Under the pieces are notes generated by a model. That model was not told the DNA's origin, searched no databases, and saw only the letters and a program-made list of their open reading frames with translations. Made by a program: the position numbers and the translations under genes. From the NCBI RefSeq assembly GCF_009914755.1, contig NC_060946.1: a stretch of 64,000 nt of DNA; one strand, written 5' to 3'. Each line of letters starts with the position of its first letter. Within the stretch, counting starts at the first letter, position 1. Shown one piece after another: positions 32,791 to 47,500 of this stretch. This DNA is from the human T2T-CHM13v2.0 reference genome, Homo sapiens.

Positions 32791-34000
32791 TCTACCCAAA
32801 ACCTTTGTCTCTCACCATTATTTCTCCACCTTCTTTTCCCGACCGCCTTTGGTCTCCTCCCCCTCGCCACCCATTTTCTTCCTCCATCTACCCCAAAACT
32901 TTTTCCCCACCATTTTTCCCCCACCGTCATTTCGCAAAGCCTTCTCTACTCTCCCGCTCACCACCCTTTTCCCCATCTATCTGCCCAAACACTTTCCCCA
33001 CTGTTTTCTCCCACCGTCTTTTCCCCTTCTCCCTGGCCACCTTCTTTTTCCCCGTCCCACTCTCATCACCATCTTTTGCTCCTTCATCTAAGCAAAAGTA
33101 TTTTCCCCCCTCTTTTCCCAAAACCTTCTCCTCACTCCTGCCGCTCACCAACCTCTTTTCCCCCTTCATCTACCCAAAAACTGTTTTCCTCATCGTCTTT
33201 CCCCTGCTCCTCCTTGCCACCCTCTCCCTTCTCCATCTACCCAAAAACATTTCCCCACAGCCTTTTCGGAAAGCCTTCTCCCCACTCCTGCTCACCTCCT
33301 TCTTTTCCCCCTCCATCTATCCCTCAAAGTTCTCCCCACCGTCTTTTCAGTATTTCCCCCTTCCCACTCATCCTCTTTGCCCTATCCTGCTTTCCACTCT
33401 GTTTTGCCCTCCATCTACCCCAAACTATTTTTCCATTTTTTCCCCAACCCTCTTTCCCTGCTCCCTCTCGCCACCCTCTTTTCTCCTCCTCCTGGTCACC
33501 CTCTTTCCCCCGTGCATCTACCCAAACACATTTTACCCATCATCTTTTCTTCCCCGCCCCGTCTTTCTTTTCTGCCTGCTGTGTTTTTGCAAAACCCTGT
33601 CTTCCTCCCGCTGGCCACCCTTTTCCCTTCCCCCACTTGTTACCCTCTTTTCCCCCTCTATCTACCCAAAAACTTTTCTCCCCACTGTCTTTTCACAAAA
33701 CCTTCTCTCCCTACTGCTTGCCCCCATTTCCCTCCCACCCTCTTTCCTCCTCCCCCTTGCCACCCTCTTCTCCTCCATCTACCCATAAACTTTTTACCCA
33801 CTGTCTTTCTGCAAAACCTTCCCTCCCTCCCGCTCCCCACCCTGTTTCTCCCCCTCCATTTACCCAAAAACTTTTTTCCCACCATCTTTTCCCCACTGTC
33901 TTTTTGCAACACCTTCTCCTGCTCGCTATTCTCTTTTCCCTTTGTCACTAACCACCCTCTTTACCTCCCTCCATCTATCCCAAAACTATTTTCCTCCTCC
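32790..34000. repeat. Degenerate pyrimidine-rich minisatellite (anchor CCATCTACCCAAAAC, ~13 units of ~70-140 bp)
   Basis: Recurrent CATCTA(C/T)CC..AAAAC..TTTTCCCC..GCCACCCTC motifs; very G-poor + strand. Confidence 0.85.
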
Positions 34001-34190
34001 TACCTCTTGCACCACACTGCTTTCTCCGTTGCCGTCACCACAAACCGCAGCGAGGCGAGCCGTCCTACCGCGGCTCCAGCCTCCAGCGTACGGCCTGTGA
34101 TTACCCATTCCCGGTCCTCTAAGCTGGGCCCTGAGCAGCTCTACAGGAAGATACCGGAACCTTAAAGGGGCAGCCTTCCCTTCAGGATCA

Positions 34191-34435
34191 TTCATATACT
34201 GAGGTTATATATAGATGAAGGTTCCTAGACTGCATGTTCTGATTGGATGAGAAAAACCCTCCAGGGTTACTGGGATTGGACTTTATTATCATGTTCTGAT
34301 TGGATGAGAGCAAGTCTTAAGACAACAAATCACAGCATGAAAATAAAGCCCAATCAGAGTAGGCCTAGAGGTTTTTCTCTCATCCAATCAGAACATGTAG
34401 TCCAAGAACGCATGTGCGTAACCTCAGTATATAAA
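34191..34435. promoter_or_regulatory. Symmetric bidirectional promoter core: TATA boxes plus CCAAT arrays
   Basis: + strand: CCAAT at 34350 and 34384, TATATAAA at 34428-34435. - strand: ATTGG at 34242, 34275 and 34299, TATATGAA at 34191-34198, TATATAA at 34205-34211. Confidence 0.65.
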
Positions 34436-34759
34436 GCACGGTGAGAGCAACCTCAGGTCATTTCAGGTTCTTCAGTGCTGGTGTGCTGCTCTTCGCTTAG
34501 AGAACTAGGAGAGGGGACCGCCATCTGCTGCCAGCTGGAGCCAGGGCACTGGCTGTCTCCGGTTGGTGGTGGGGATGGAGCGGTCGAAGGGTGGCCTGCA
34601 GTGGGAGCTTTTCCTGCCGGGCAGGAGGAAGAGTAGAAGGGAGAGGCACGGACGCATGCTGGAGGCTGGAGCTTGCGCCACCGCAGCTCGCCTCGCTGCG
34701 GTTGGTGGTGATGTCGGACACTGCAGGTCTTCCAGAGTGGTAGACGTGCCGTTGGGTAG

Positions 34760-35420
34760 GTGAGTTTTCTGGGGCTGCACTGCCCACCTCTGGGGGCAGG
34801 GGTTGGGTGTCCTTTTGGGGCTCACTGCCCAAGGCTGCACTCCCTGTGGCAGGCAGCTGGTTCGGGGCACTCTCTGGGGTATTGCTGGCGGTTGGGGGGG
34901 GGTTGGCTGGCTATCACTGGCTACACTGCCTGCGGTGGCGGGGGTGGTGGAGGGAGGCAGATTGTGTGCACTAATGTGTACTGCTGGTTGTGGGTGATGG
35001 GTTAGGGGCACTATTTTCTGCTCCACTGCCTGCGGCAGGGGGTGGGTTGGGTGGTTATCTGGAGCTATAATGCTGGCAGTGGGCGGTGGTTTAGGGGTGT
35101 TATGGAGTGCTGCACTTCACTTACTTGGGGTGCACTATCAGGAGTTGCACTGCCCGTGGTGGGGTTGGGGGGGGCGGGTTTGGGGCACTGACTAGTGCAG
35201 CAACCCCCTTGGCTGGGTCGGGTTGTGGGCCCTGTAATGTGCTACACTGCCTGTTGGGGGTGGTGGCTTGGGGGGGTACTGGGGTTATATGCCTGCAACT
35301 GGCACGGGATGTGTTGGGTGTGCTATCCCGGGGCTACACTGCTGATGGCAAGGGGCAGGCAGGTTAGGGGTGCTGTCAGGGGCTACACTGCGTGGCATTG
35401 TTGGGCTGCAGAGGTGGCAG
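34760..35420 (+). repeat. G-rich degenerate tandem repeat (GGGGCTACACTGCC..GGGTTGGG units)
   Basis: Repeated GGGG(C/T)(T/G)(A/G)CACT motifs and many G-runs. Confidence 0.7.
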
Positions 35421-36883
35421 CAACAGCAACAGTGGTGGCCTCCTTTCTCCTTCCAGTGACCATTCTTCTTTTCCCAGATTCCAGACTCTAGAGGGTAATC
35501 TTCTCCTGCTCATGCAATTGTGAGCACAGCAGGGCCCACACACCCCCCGTGGTTCCCCAGCCTGTGCCTCATGCTGCCTGTTGGGGAGACCACCTGGGAC
35601 TACCGGGCAGGGATTAGTGGGAATCATGGGGGACTGTGGGGCCAGGGCACTGTAGGTGGAGGCGTCAGGAACAGGAACCAGCACTTGGGTGGGGAGGGCT
35701 GCCTAGGTCTGAGTTTTTCCTAGTCCTGCTCCTGGAGGAGTGCAGCCCTGGTGGGCCCAGCAATTTCTGGCCAGCTGCACCTGAACGGGGGCACTTTCAG
35801 CGAAGGCACTCACACCCACCTCAGGCCCCAGTTCTTGGCCAGCTTTGCCAGAAGTAGAAGCTGGACTTTGGAGGGTGGGTGTGAGTGCCTTTCCTGAAAC
35901 TGGTCCTTGCCACCCAGTGGCCAGCGTGACAAGGTGAGGCTCTAAGGCTACCACTCTCTGCATCCCATTCTAGGCTTTTCTGGTTTTGCCCTCCCAGCTG
36001 CTCCAAGCCAGGATGGAGGAGGAGGACAAGGAAGAGTCACCTGTGGTAAACTGGAGCCTGCATATGGCTCTGCAGCTGGTCTCACGAGATTGGTGGCAGC
36101 GACGGAGACTGCAGCTCGACTGGAGTGGTAGGAGGGTGCCCGCGGGGGCAAGGTGGTAGGAGCCTTGTAGGGTGGGCTGCTGCATTGAGGGCGACAGCGG
36201 TTGTATTGGCATCGGTGCTAGTGGTGGTATCAGCATTAAGTCTGGGGGCTGGGAAGGGGGAGTAGGAGCGCTGCAGGGCCCAGCCCGACCTGGGGATGGG
36301 GAGGAACCTGCGGGTACTGTACCAGGCCTTGGTGGCAGCAGTGGAGGTGCACCTAGGGAAAGGAGGAGTCCTTCCCCTTCTCCTGCAATCTGTGGAGGGT
36401 GCCCTCCTCCTGCTGGTGACTGAGCCAGGCGTGAGGGGCAGGATTGTCTTATTCTTAACAAAACTTAGGGGGTGACTATTTGTGTATCTTGTTTCTTTTT
36501 TGTTGTGATAGTCTCTGACTTTTTCAAATTTCATGAATTGGGGAGGGGATAAAAGGTATCATAATAGGCCTTCTACTTCCCACACCTGTTCTTTTTTCTT
36601 TCTTCTAGTCTGTATTGTCTTCTTCTCATCTTCTTGTTTCTCTTTATTTTCTTTTGCTGCTGCTTCTATTTCATGTTTCTATTGTGGTTTATCCTCCTTT
36701 TTAAATTTTCTTTATGCCAAGCAATGGCCTTAACAAACAACAAACCGAAACTGAGTTAAAAAGAAACTACTGGTCCCTGTGTTGTATTTTTAAAATAAAT
36801 GGTCCCTTACTGTGTTTTAGAGATGAGAAAAAAAATCAGTTGTATTAGTCACTTGAATAGGTATGCTTTCATGATCGTGTTAA

Positions 36884-37023
36884 CCCACTTATGCCTAGTG
36901 TTCCATTATTGGAATACTGAGCATGAGGAATTAACTTACATCCTACTGCCCAAGGTCATTGACAAGGTCTGATTTTTCACTCATGCAAAAATTCAAAAAA
37001 TTGCAGCCTCTTGCATAAGTGGG
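36884..37023. mobile_element. MER85 (PGBD3-derived piggyBac MITE), full length
   Basis: 140 bp; TIRs CCCACTTATGC/GCATAAGTGGG; TTAA on the left, CTAA on the right; internal palindrome GTTCCATTATTGGAAT. Confidence 0.9.
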
Positions 37024-37234
37024 CTAATGCGTTGTAAGTAGTTACTCAAGGAATCAAAAATGAAGCATCACATAAAATATCGGTAGCAAACAGCCATTTC
37101 ATTTCTGTCACATATTTATCTGGAGCTATGCAAGAGTCACCGGGGTAATAAGTTCCAGTTTATGAGATTATTAAGTGAACTGTATTCTCTTCATTTTATT
37201 TGTCTGCCACCATTTTCTTTTTTTCATTCATTCT

Positions 37235-37946
<712 letters not shown>

Positions 37947-38799
37947 TAAGGCAAAGAGTCACAACCAAAAACAAGGCTTTATTAACTTTTGCCTCTAAGA
38001 ACCTGCAGTGTTGAGCCCTCTTTTATTCCTAGTATTACTACCTTTGGTGTGAACCGTTTTTTTATTTTTATTTTTACTCATTCTTCTGGAAGTTTATACA
38101 TTTTCTTGCCTGCTTTAAAGACAATCTATATTATTTTTCAAGCCCACAGTAATGTGTAAGGCCTGTAATTTGGACACTTTTCAGTTATGTTTAAGGTTAT
38201 GAGCATGTAAGATACTGTTGATATATGGAAGAATATGTCTAATTACCACTAGATAGCTTATATTGAAGAGATAATATCTAAATGTTTGTCCAGAGTTGAT
38301 TGGGTGCAGTTTCATAGGTGTGTTTCTCAATAAATTGCATCCATGTTTTAAAGCATATAGGAATTTGAATACTGTTTAACCTCATATAGGCCTTGTTTGT
38401 AGGTTTAATATTTCTGAAGACAAAAGTCATCACAGCCCCCTTTAAGGTTCAGTAATATTAATAAAATTTGAGATACACAGGGTTAGAATCCAACAAATTC
38501 AGAAGAAAATTGTAAAATTATATAGCTGTAGAGCAGGAATGAAACTCAGGTTCTAAGTTCCTAGGGGACCATGAGCTACCATACAGGGGCATCAGTGACT
38601 GGGCATAGAGTTGGCAAAATTGCAGGATGGTAAGAGAGTGAGCTGTGGAGCCTAACTCTATGTGAACATGAATTTTTAAACTGCATGGTGCCTCAGTTTA
38701 TCCATCTTTATGGTGGCGACAGTAGTAAGTTTTTCTTTTTCTGCTCAGTTGTCCGAATTATTTCCCTTGTCTGTCTTGTTGCCACTCTTGATGCTCACG

Positions 38800-39682
38800 T
38801 GAGAGGATCTAAGGTAATTTCTGACAGCCTGGGACTCCTTAAGGAAAAATAGAAGGTTCGACAAACCCCATTTTAGGAGAAACTCTGTTTTCCTCATGGA
38901 ACCCCAAGAACTTTAAGCAGACAGGTCCTTCTCAAAACCTAAGGCTCTCCTCTGTTTTGCCTTGCGTTATCTGACCTTTTTGGTTTAGGTGGACATCAGA
39001 AATTAGTAGGGGAGAGAGATCTAAAGAAAGTTGTAGATGTGAAGATGTATTGATGGTAAGAAAAGTTATGAAGGAAAGAAATGTTGTATGAGAGAGGATC
39101 TTATATGGCAAATTGTTGTCCTAAAGTAGAATGACTAATTACGAAAGAGGAAAATACAGGACAGGTCAGAAAGTTTAATCATGTCATAGATGCTCTGTGG
39201 AAGTTGTGTTATGGTTCATGAAATGGGAAAGAAAATCTTAACAGCTGCTAGATCTTTTTCTGTCTAGAAGTGTTGTGTATGTGATGTATATATAAAGGAG
39301 CTCTAGTGGCTCGGCTTAAAAGAAAATGAAAGCTCTTAAATATTTTGTCAGAAAAACAGAAGCTCTAATGCCTTTTATTTCATGTGAGTTCAGTAATCTT
39401 GGGGAAGTAAAGACAGTGTTAAAATCATTGGTAAAATAAAAATATCTTCAAAATTTATCCATTTGGTCTAATTTAAGTCAAAGTTCAGAAGTGCTTTAAT
39501 GTCATGAATTGATTGTTTGACTTTGGAAAATAGTTCTGTTTATCTGGTTTGGAGCCGTTAGATTTCTAGGTAAGGCCTCCAGACAGGTGGAGTTAGCCAT
39601 GTCTCCTAGCTATGCTGGAAAGAGTCAGACTTTATCTACGGTTCCGTCTTGAATCCTAAACTCTGCACCTGGTATGTAATTA
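38800..39682 (+). mobile_element. ERV1/MER4-group internal fragment
   Basis: AACCCCATTTTAGGAGAAACTCTGTTTTCCTCATGGAACCCC and similar MER4-group leader motifs; no LTR seen. Confidence 0.5.
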
Positions 39683-41640
39683 AAACTTCCTGCTGCTGCT
39701 AATCTCTGGGTTCCATTTAAAATCCTTCCGTCACATGAATACTATCCCCTGTACTAAATTTTTCCACAATTAAGTACTTAGAATAGTTTTTGCTGACTTG
39801 ACCCAACCATTAGTGATATATTTTAAAACTACTTCTAATGTGTCACAATTTATTCAGCAAATGCAGGGAATGACATTTTTCCTTTTGTCAGCATTTACAT
39901 AGCATTTATGTAGCAATGCTATTTCAAGTATTTTTAGTCATTTAAATATTGAATAATAGATAATGCTTTTGATTCTTTCATTTCTATGTAAATAAATGTA
40001 ATTGAGATATTTAGTAAATAGTATCAATTACATGTCTCACTTATAGAATATACTTATCAAATTGGGATTATTCTTTTTATACACTACATCATATTTCCTT
40101 GTTGGTTTTATAATAACTTAGAAATAATATTCTGGATTAACTGTGTGACTCATGAGAGAGGGAGTTTGTGCAATTATAGTCTTTACAAATTTTTATTAGA
40201 TTTTCAAGACTTAACACTGGAACTGTGAGAACAAGGTAATAAATAAGCATATCTATTAATATCATCTTTGGTCAACTCTTGGCTGGACCCAATGATAGTG
40301 TAGGAATTAACATAATTTTTCCTACTAAAGGTATTGGATTTGTTTTGAGAGACCACAGTTTAATATCATTGACATAGAAAGTTTAAAAATTGTTAGACTA
40401 AAATTTTTTAGTGCTGTTGAAGTTGTTTTACAGAAAAATATCTATCCTGGTTTACATTGATAGTTTTTTTTATAAGAACTAGATCAAGAGAAAGGGAGAG
40501 TAGTGATAAATGTCCAGGTTTTCGAGTTGAAAAGTAACAATCAGTGTATTACAACAGATAGATTTGATGTCAAATTGCAAATGCTGAAAACGTTATATGT
40601 AATTGACTAGCCAGAGTAATTATACAAGGCAAAGAAAGGAAAAGCATCTAAATAGGAAAGGAAGGGGTGAGATTGTCTCTGTTTTCTGAAAATGTAATCT
40701 TTTAACATAGGGAAAATCTTAGACTCCACCAAAAAAACCCATTAAAGCTGATAAACACTATATTCAACAAAGTTGAGAGTTACAAAATTAACATACAAAT
40801 AGTATTCTTGTTTTTATACACCGATGATAAACTATTATCTGAAAAATAAATTAATAAAGTAATTCCGTTTATAATAGCATCAAAACAAATATATAAATAA
40901 ATAAAAGGCCAAGGAGTAATTTTAATGAAGGATGTGAATGATGTGTATACTGAAAATTATAGCACATTGATGAAAGAAATTGAAAGTGACATAAACATCC
41001 TATATTTATAAATTGAAAAAATTAATATTGTCAAAATTGCAATGCTACCGAAAGCAGTCTACAGATTAAATGCAACCACTATCAAACTCCAATGTCATTT
41101 TTCACAGAAATAGAAAAATTAGTCCTAAAATCTGAATGGAACCACAAAAGACCCTGAAAAACCAAAGCAATCTTGAGCAAAAAGAACAAACCTGGAGGCA
41201 TCAGACTATACCTAATCTTTGACAAAGCAAACAAAACATAAAGTGGGAAAAGATGCCCTATTTGGTGCTGGCATAATTGGCAAGCCACGTGCAGAAAAAT
41301 GAAACTGTTCTTCAAAAGGTTAAGTATAGAATTATCACGACTCAGTAAATTAACTCCTATGTATACAGCAAAAAGGAATTAAAACAAATGCCTTACACAA
41401 AAAGTAGCATACAACTGTTTATGGCAACAAAAAGTAGGAAACAACAGAAATGTCCATCAGTTGAGGAGTGGATTAATAAAATGTGATCTGTCCATAAAAT
41501 AAAATATTATTTGGCAATGAAAAAGAAAACGGTATTAATAGATGCTCCAAAAAGGATGAACATTGAAAAAATAAGTGAAAGTAGTGAGTCACACATAACT
41601 ATATATTATTATGATTCCACTTACATGAAATGTCCAGAAT
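39683..41640 (+). repeat. Direct duplication, copy A (paralog of 60520-64000)
   Basis: Both copies start AAACTTCCTGCTGCTGCTAATCTCTGGGTTCCATTTAAAATCC and stay co-linear through unique and L1 sequence. Confidence 0.92.
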
Positions 41641-41939
41641 AGGCAAATCCTTCCAGAATTGGCAAATCCTTAGGAAGTAGATGGATGATTGCCTAGGGCT
41701 GGGAGGGTTTTAAAGGAAGAGTGGGGAAAATGGGAAAAGATTGCTAATGGGTGCAAGGTTTCTTATAAGGAGCATAAAAGTGTTCTAAAATTATATTGTG
41801 ATTGTTTATGCACCCAGTTAATACACTAAAAAAACCTGAATTTTATACTTTAATTGAGTGAATTAAATAATACATAAATTATATCTCAATGAACCTGTGA
41901 AAAAAGTTTAAAAATATGTGGTATGCATAAACAAAAAGT

Positions 41940-44050
<2,111 letters not shown>

Positions 44051-44539
44051 TCAGGAGCCACCAGGTGCTGCAGCAGCTTTGGGATAACTTGAGGGCGCAT
44101 CCTGGGGAAGAAACACCTCCTGTCCATGGTGCTGACTGCTGAGGACAGTGCTTCGGCGTGGCTTCTCCGTGGCCCAGCTTCTTTGGGGCGTTTTTCTTTC
44201 ATGGTGAGTACAGAAGCTTTCGTTTTGTGGAATGTTCTGTGCATTTCTGCTAGATTCTCACTCCTTTTTTCTCTCTTGATATCTTGCCATTAATTTTACA
44301 GTAGTACTCATTCCCTGAGGGCTTTTGAGTTTGGAATGTGTGGGAGGCTTTAGGGCTGTTTCTGAGGGAGACTCCCCATGTAGGTGGAGAGGAAAGCTCT
44401 GGCTGTGGGAGGAAGGGGAAGCCTGGCCCAGGTGGGGTTTTGGGGCCAGGCCCCAGTTTGGCTGCCTTGCTTTCAAGCCTCAGATGGAAGGAAAGGATCC
44501 AACTTAACCTCCAGGGTTTGCTGATTTTTTAATTGTTTT

Positions 44540-47500
44540 TATTTTTATTTTTATTTTTTGGAGATACAGTCTTGCTCTGTTGCCCGGGCTGGAGTGCAGT
44601 GGTGGATCTCAGCTTACTGCAACCTCCATTTTCTGGGCCCAAGGGATTCTCCAGCCTCAGCCTCAACAGTATTTTGGCCTATGCCACCATGCCCAGCTAT
44701 TTTTTTTTTTTGTATTTTTGGTAGCAACAGGGTTTCGCCATGTTGCTTGGGCTTGTCTCAAACTTCTGAGCTCAAAGCAGTCCTCGCGCCTCAACTTCCC
44801 AAAGTGCTGGGATTACAGGCATTAACTACTGCACCCGGTCTGGTGAATTTTTAAATCTGTATCCCTGCTATCAGGACGTAGGGGTCACATTTCTCCACTC
44901 CCTGCAGTGCCTGCCTAACTCTGTCCCTCTAGTCATGGCCACCTGACTGGGGGAAGGGACCTTGAGTGTGGTTTACTGTCCTCTTTGCAGAAATGTCTAT
45001 TCAGGGTCCCTGCTCATTTTTGGATGGATCATTGGTTTTTTTGTTGCTACTTAGTACTGTTAATGTGTTGTATATTTTCCATAACAACCCCTTAGCTGAT
45101 TCGTGATTCCTCAAAACATTCTCCCAGCCTTTCTTTTTGGGTTCATTGTTTCCTTTTCCTTGCAAAAACTTTTCACTTTGATGTTGCCATGCATGTTTTC
45201 TTATGGCCAGGCATAATGGCTGGTGCCTGTAATCCAAGCACTTTGCAAGGCCAAGGTGGGCAGATCACTTGAGCCAAAGAATTTGAGACCAGCCTAGGCA
45301 ACATGGCAAAAGTTCATCTCTACAAAAAATACAAAGAAATTAGCCAGGCGTGGTGGTGTGTGCCTGTAGTTCCAGCTATTCAGGAGGCAGAAGTGGGAGG
45401 ATCACTTGTGCCAGAGAGGTCAAGGCTGCAGTGAGCCATGATCATGCCACTGCATTCCAGCCTGAGTGACAGAGTCCTTGTAGTTATCACTTCTATGTTT
45501 CCTTCAAATGTTCTAACAATTTTTTTGAGACAGAGTTTCATTCTCTCACCCAGGCTGGAGCACAGCGGCATATCAGGGATTGTGAGTCCTCCAACTTAGT
45601 TTCTATTTCTCAGGATTCCTTAGACATTCAGGGCCATTTGTGGTTCCATGTGATCATCAGCATTGTGTATTCACGTTTCTTAAATTTCTGTGCATAGTAA
45701 AGTATATAATTAGAGAGTCTGCTGGGACTGTTTTTCCTCTGGCACATTTTGATTCATGTATATTTTTAGTAATGATCAAATCAGGGTACTTGGCATATCT
45801 GTTCTCTCATACAGGTATTATTCTTTTGTGAAAACATTGGAATTGCTCCCTGTGGCTTTTTTGAAAAATATAGTATTAACCAGAATCACGGAGCTGTGGT
45901 ATAGAGCACAAGAATGTATCTGTCCCAACTAACTGCAACTTTGTTTCCACAACCAATCCTCCCATTCCCTCCTTCCCCTCTCCTCAGAAAACCACTACTT
46001 ATCCAAGGCAAAGTTTTCTGGATTCCATATAAGTGAGATGAATCTGTGGTTATTTTTCTATGCTTGGCTTATTTTATTTAACATATTTTCCAGGTTCATC
46101 CATATGGCTCCAAATGAAAATTACATTAATTATGGATGAAGAGTATTGTGTTGTGCAGATATACTGCAGTTTCTTCATCCCTTCATCTATGGATGGACAG
46201 GTAGGTTGATTCCATATCTTCTATATTGCGAATACTGTCATGAAACATGGGAAGGCAGGTAACTCCTTAAGGTACCGGTTTCCTTTGCTTTAAATGCATA
46301 CGCAGTGTGAGGAACATCCCAACTTTTTCACAGTGTATTCACTAATTCACATTGGCATCAATAGCGTATAAGAGTTTCCCTTTCTGTAAGTCTACACTGG
46401 CTGCTACCTTCCAAAAATGTTATTCCTGTTTTTGGTAATATTCTCAGTGGAGTTTGATGGTATCTGATATTGGAGTGTGATTCTGACTTACATGTTTGGA
46501 GTGATTAGTGATGTGGAGAATCTTTTTTTTTCACCTGTGAATCAGTTTCATGTCCTTTGCAGAAGTGATTGTGCAGGTCCTTTGCATATTTTTAGCTTGT
46601 GTATTTTTTTAATCTTTTCCCCACTTAGTAGCTTTAGTGCTTGCATATGTTAGATAACAACCCCTTCCAAAATCACGATTCTCCACAATTTTAACCCAAT
46701 CATCCTTTCCGCCAAGGTAAGATGCTTTCTCTTTGGGTTCATTGTTTTCTCCCCCATGCAGAAGCTCTAAAGTGTTGGTCTCACAGTTTTTTATTTGCTT
46801 TTGTCAGCAGGGATTTCTGTGTCCAATCAGAGAGAGAAAAAAGAGATCACAAAGTCATTGTATTGTCTACAGGTATTTTCCCTGTAAGTGAGAGCATGTG
46901 GTATTTTGTTTTCTGTTAGATTGTGTTAGTTTGCTTAGCATAGTGACCTGCAGGTCCATCCTTGTTGCTGTCAAGAGCATGAATTTTTTTTAAGCTGTGT
47001 AGGATGTTGTGGTATCTATGTATAGCACTTTTAAAGCATGTAATCAACTGTTAAGGGGGGACATAGGTCGATGTTATTTTATATTTCCATGTGAATAGCA
47101 CTTCCAAGAACATACCCATGCCTGTGTCATTTTGAAAGGAAGATTTATGATTTATTTTCCTTTGTGTAGATACCCAGTTATGTGATTGCTCATTTGGATG
47201 GTAGTTGTTAAGTTCTTTGAGGAACCTCCAAACCACTTCTCATAGTGTGAGAGCTAGTTTTTATTCCCACCAAGAGTGTAGCAGTGTTTGCTTTCCTCCA
47301 TTGCCTTGCCACCATGTTAATGCTTGGCCTTAGGACAAATGGCCATTCTGACCGATGTGAGATGGTATCTCAGTGTTCATGAGAGTTGCATTTCTCTGAT
47401 GATGAGGGATGTTGAGGTGTTTGTTCATGTTCTCTACCCATTGTTTGAATGGTTTGTTTTTCTGCCTCTTGATTTTTTTAAGGTCATATTAGAGTCTGGC

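Larger units (their letters stand above)
34025..36450. repeat. REP522-like palindromic interspersed repeat / BAGE exon-1-related module
   Basis: Inverted arms 34025-34310 vs 34320-34720. Arms resemble the recalled BAGE 5' UTR; BAGE-like peptide remnant at 35974-36060. Confidence 0.7.

Noticed and set aside
32790-34000. Repeat-spacer pattern resembling a CRISPR array
   Set aside because: Primate DNA; the 'spacers' are themselves similar low-complexity sequence, and there are no cas genes.
32805-34165. Long ORFs (327, 291, 262 aa) rich in P/S/F/L
   Set aside because: They are artefacts of the G-poor minisatellite, where stop codons are rare in all frames; no protein similarity.
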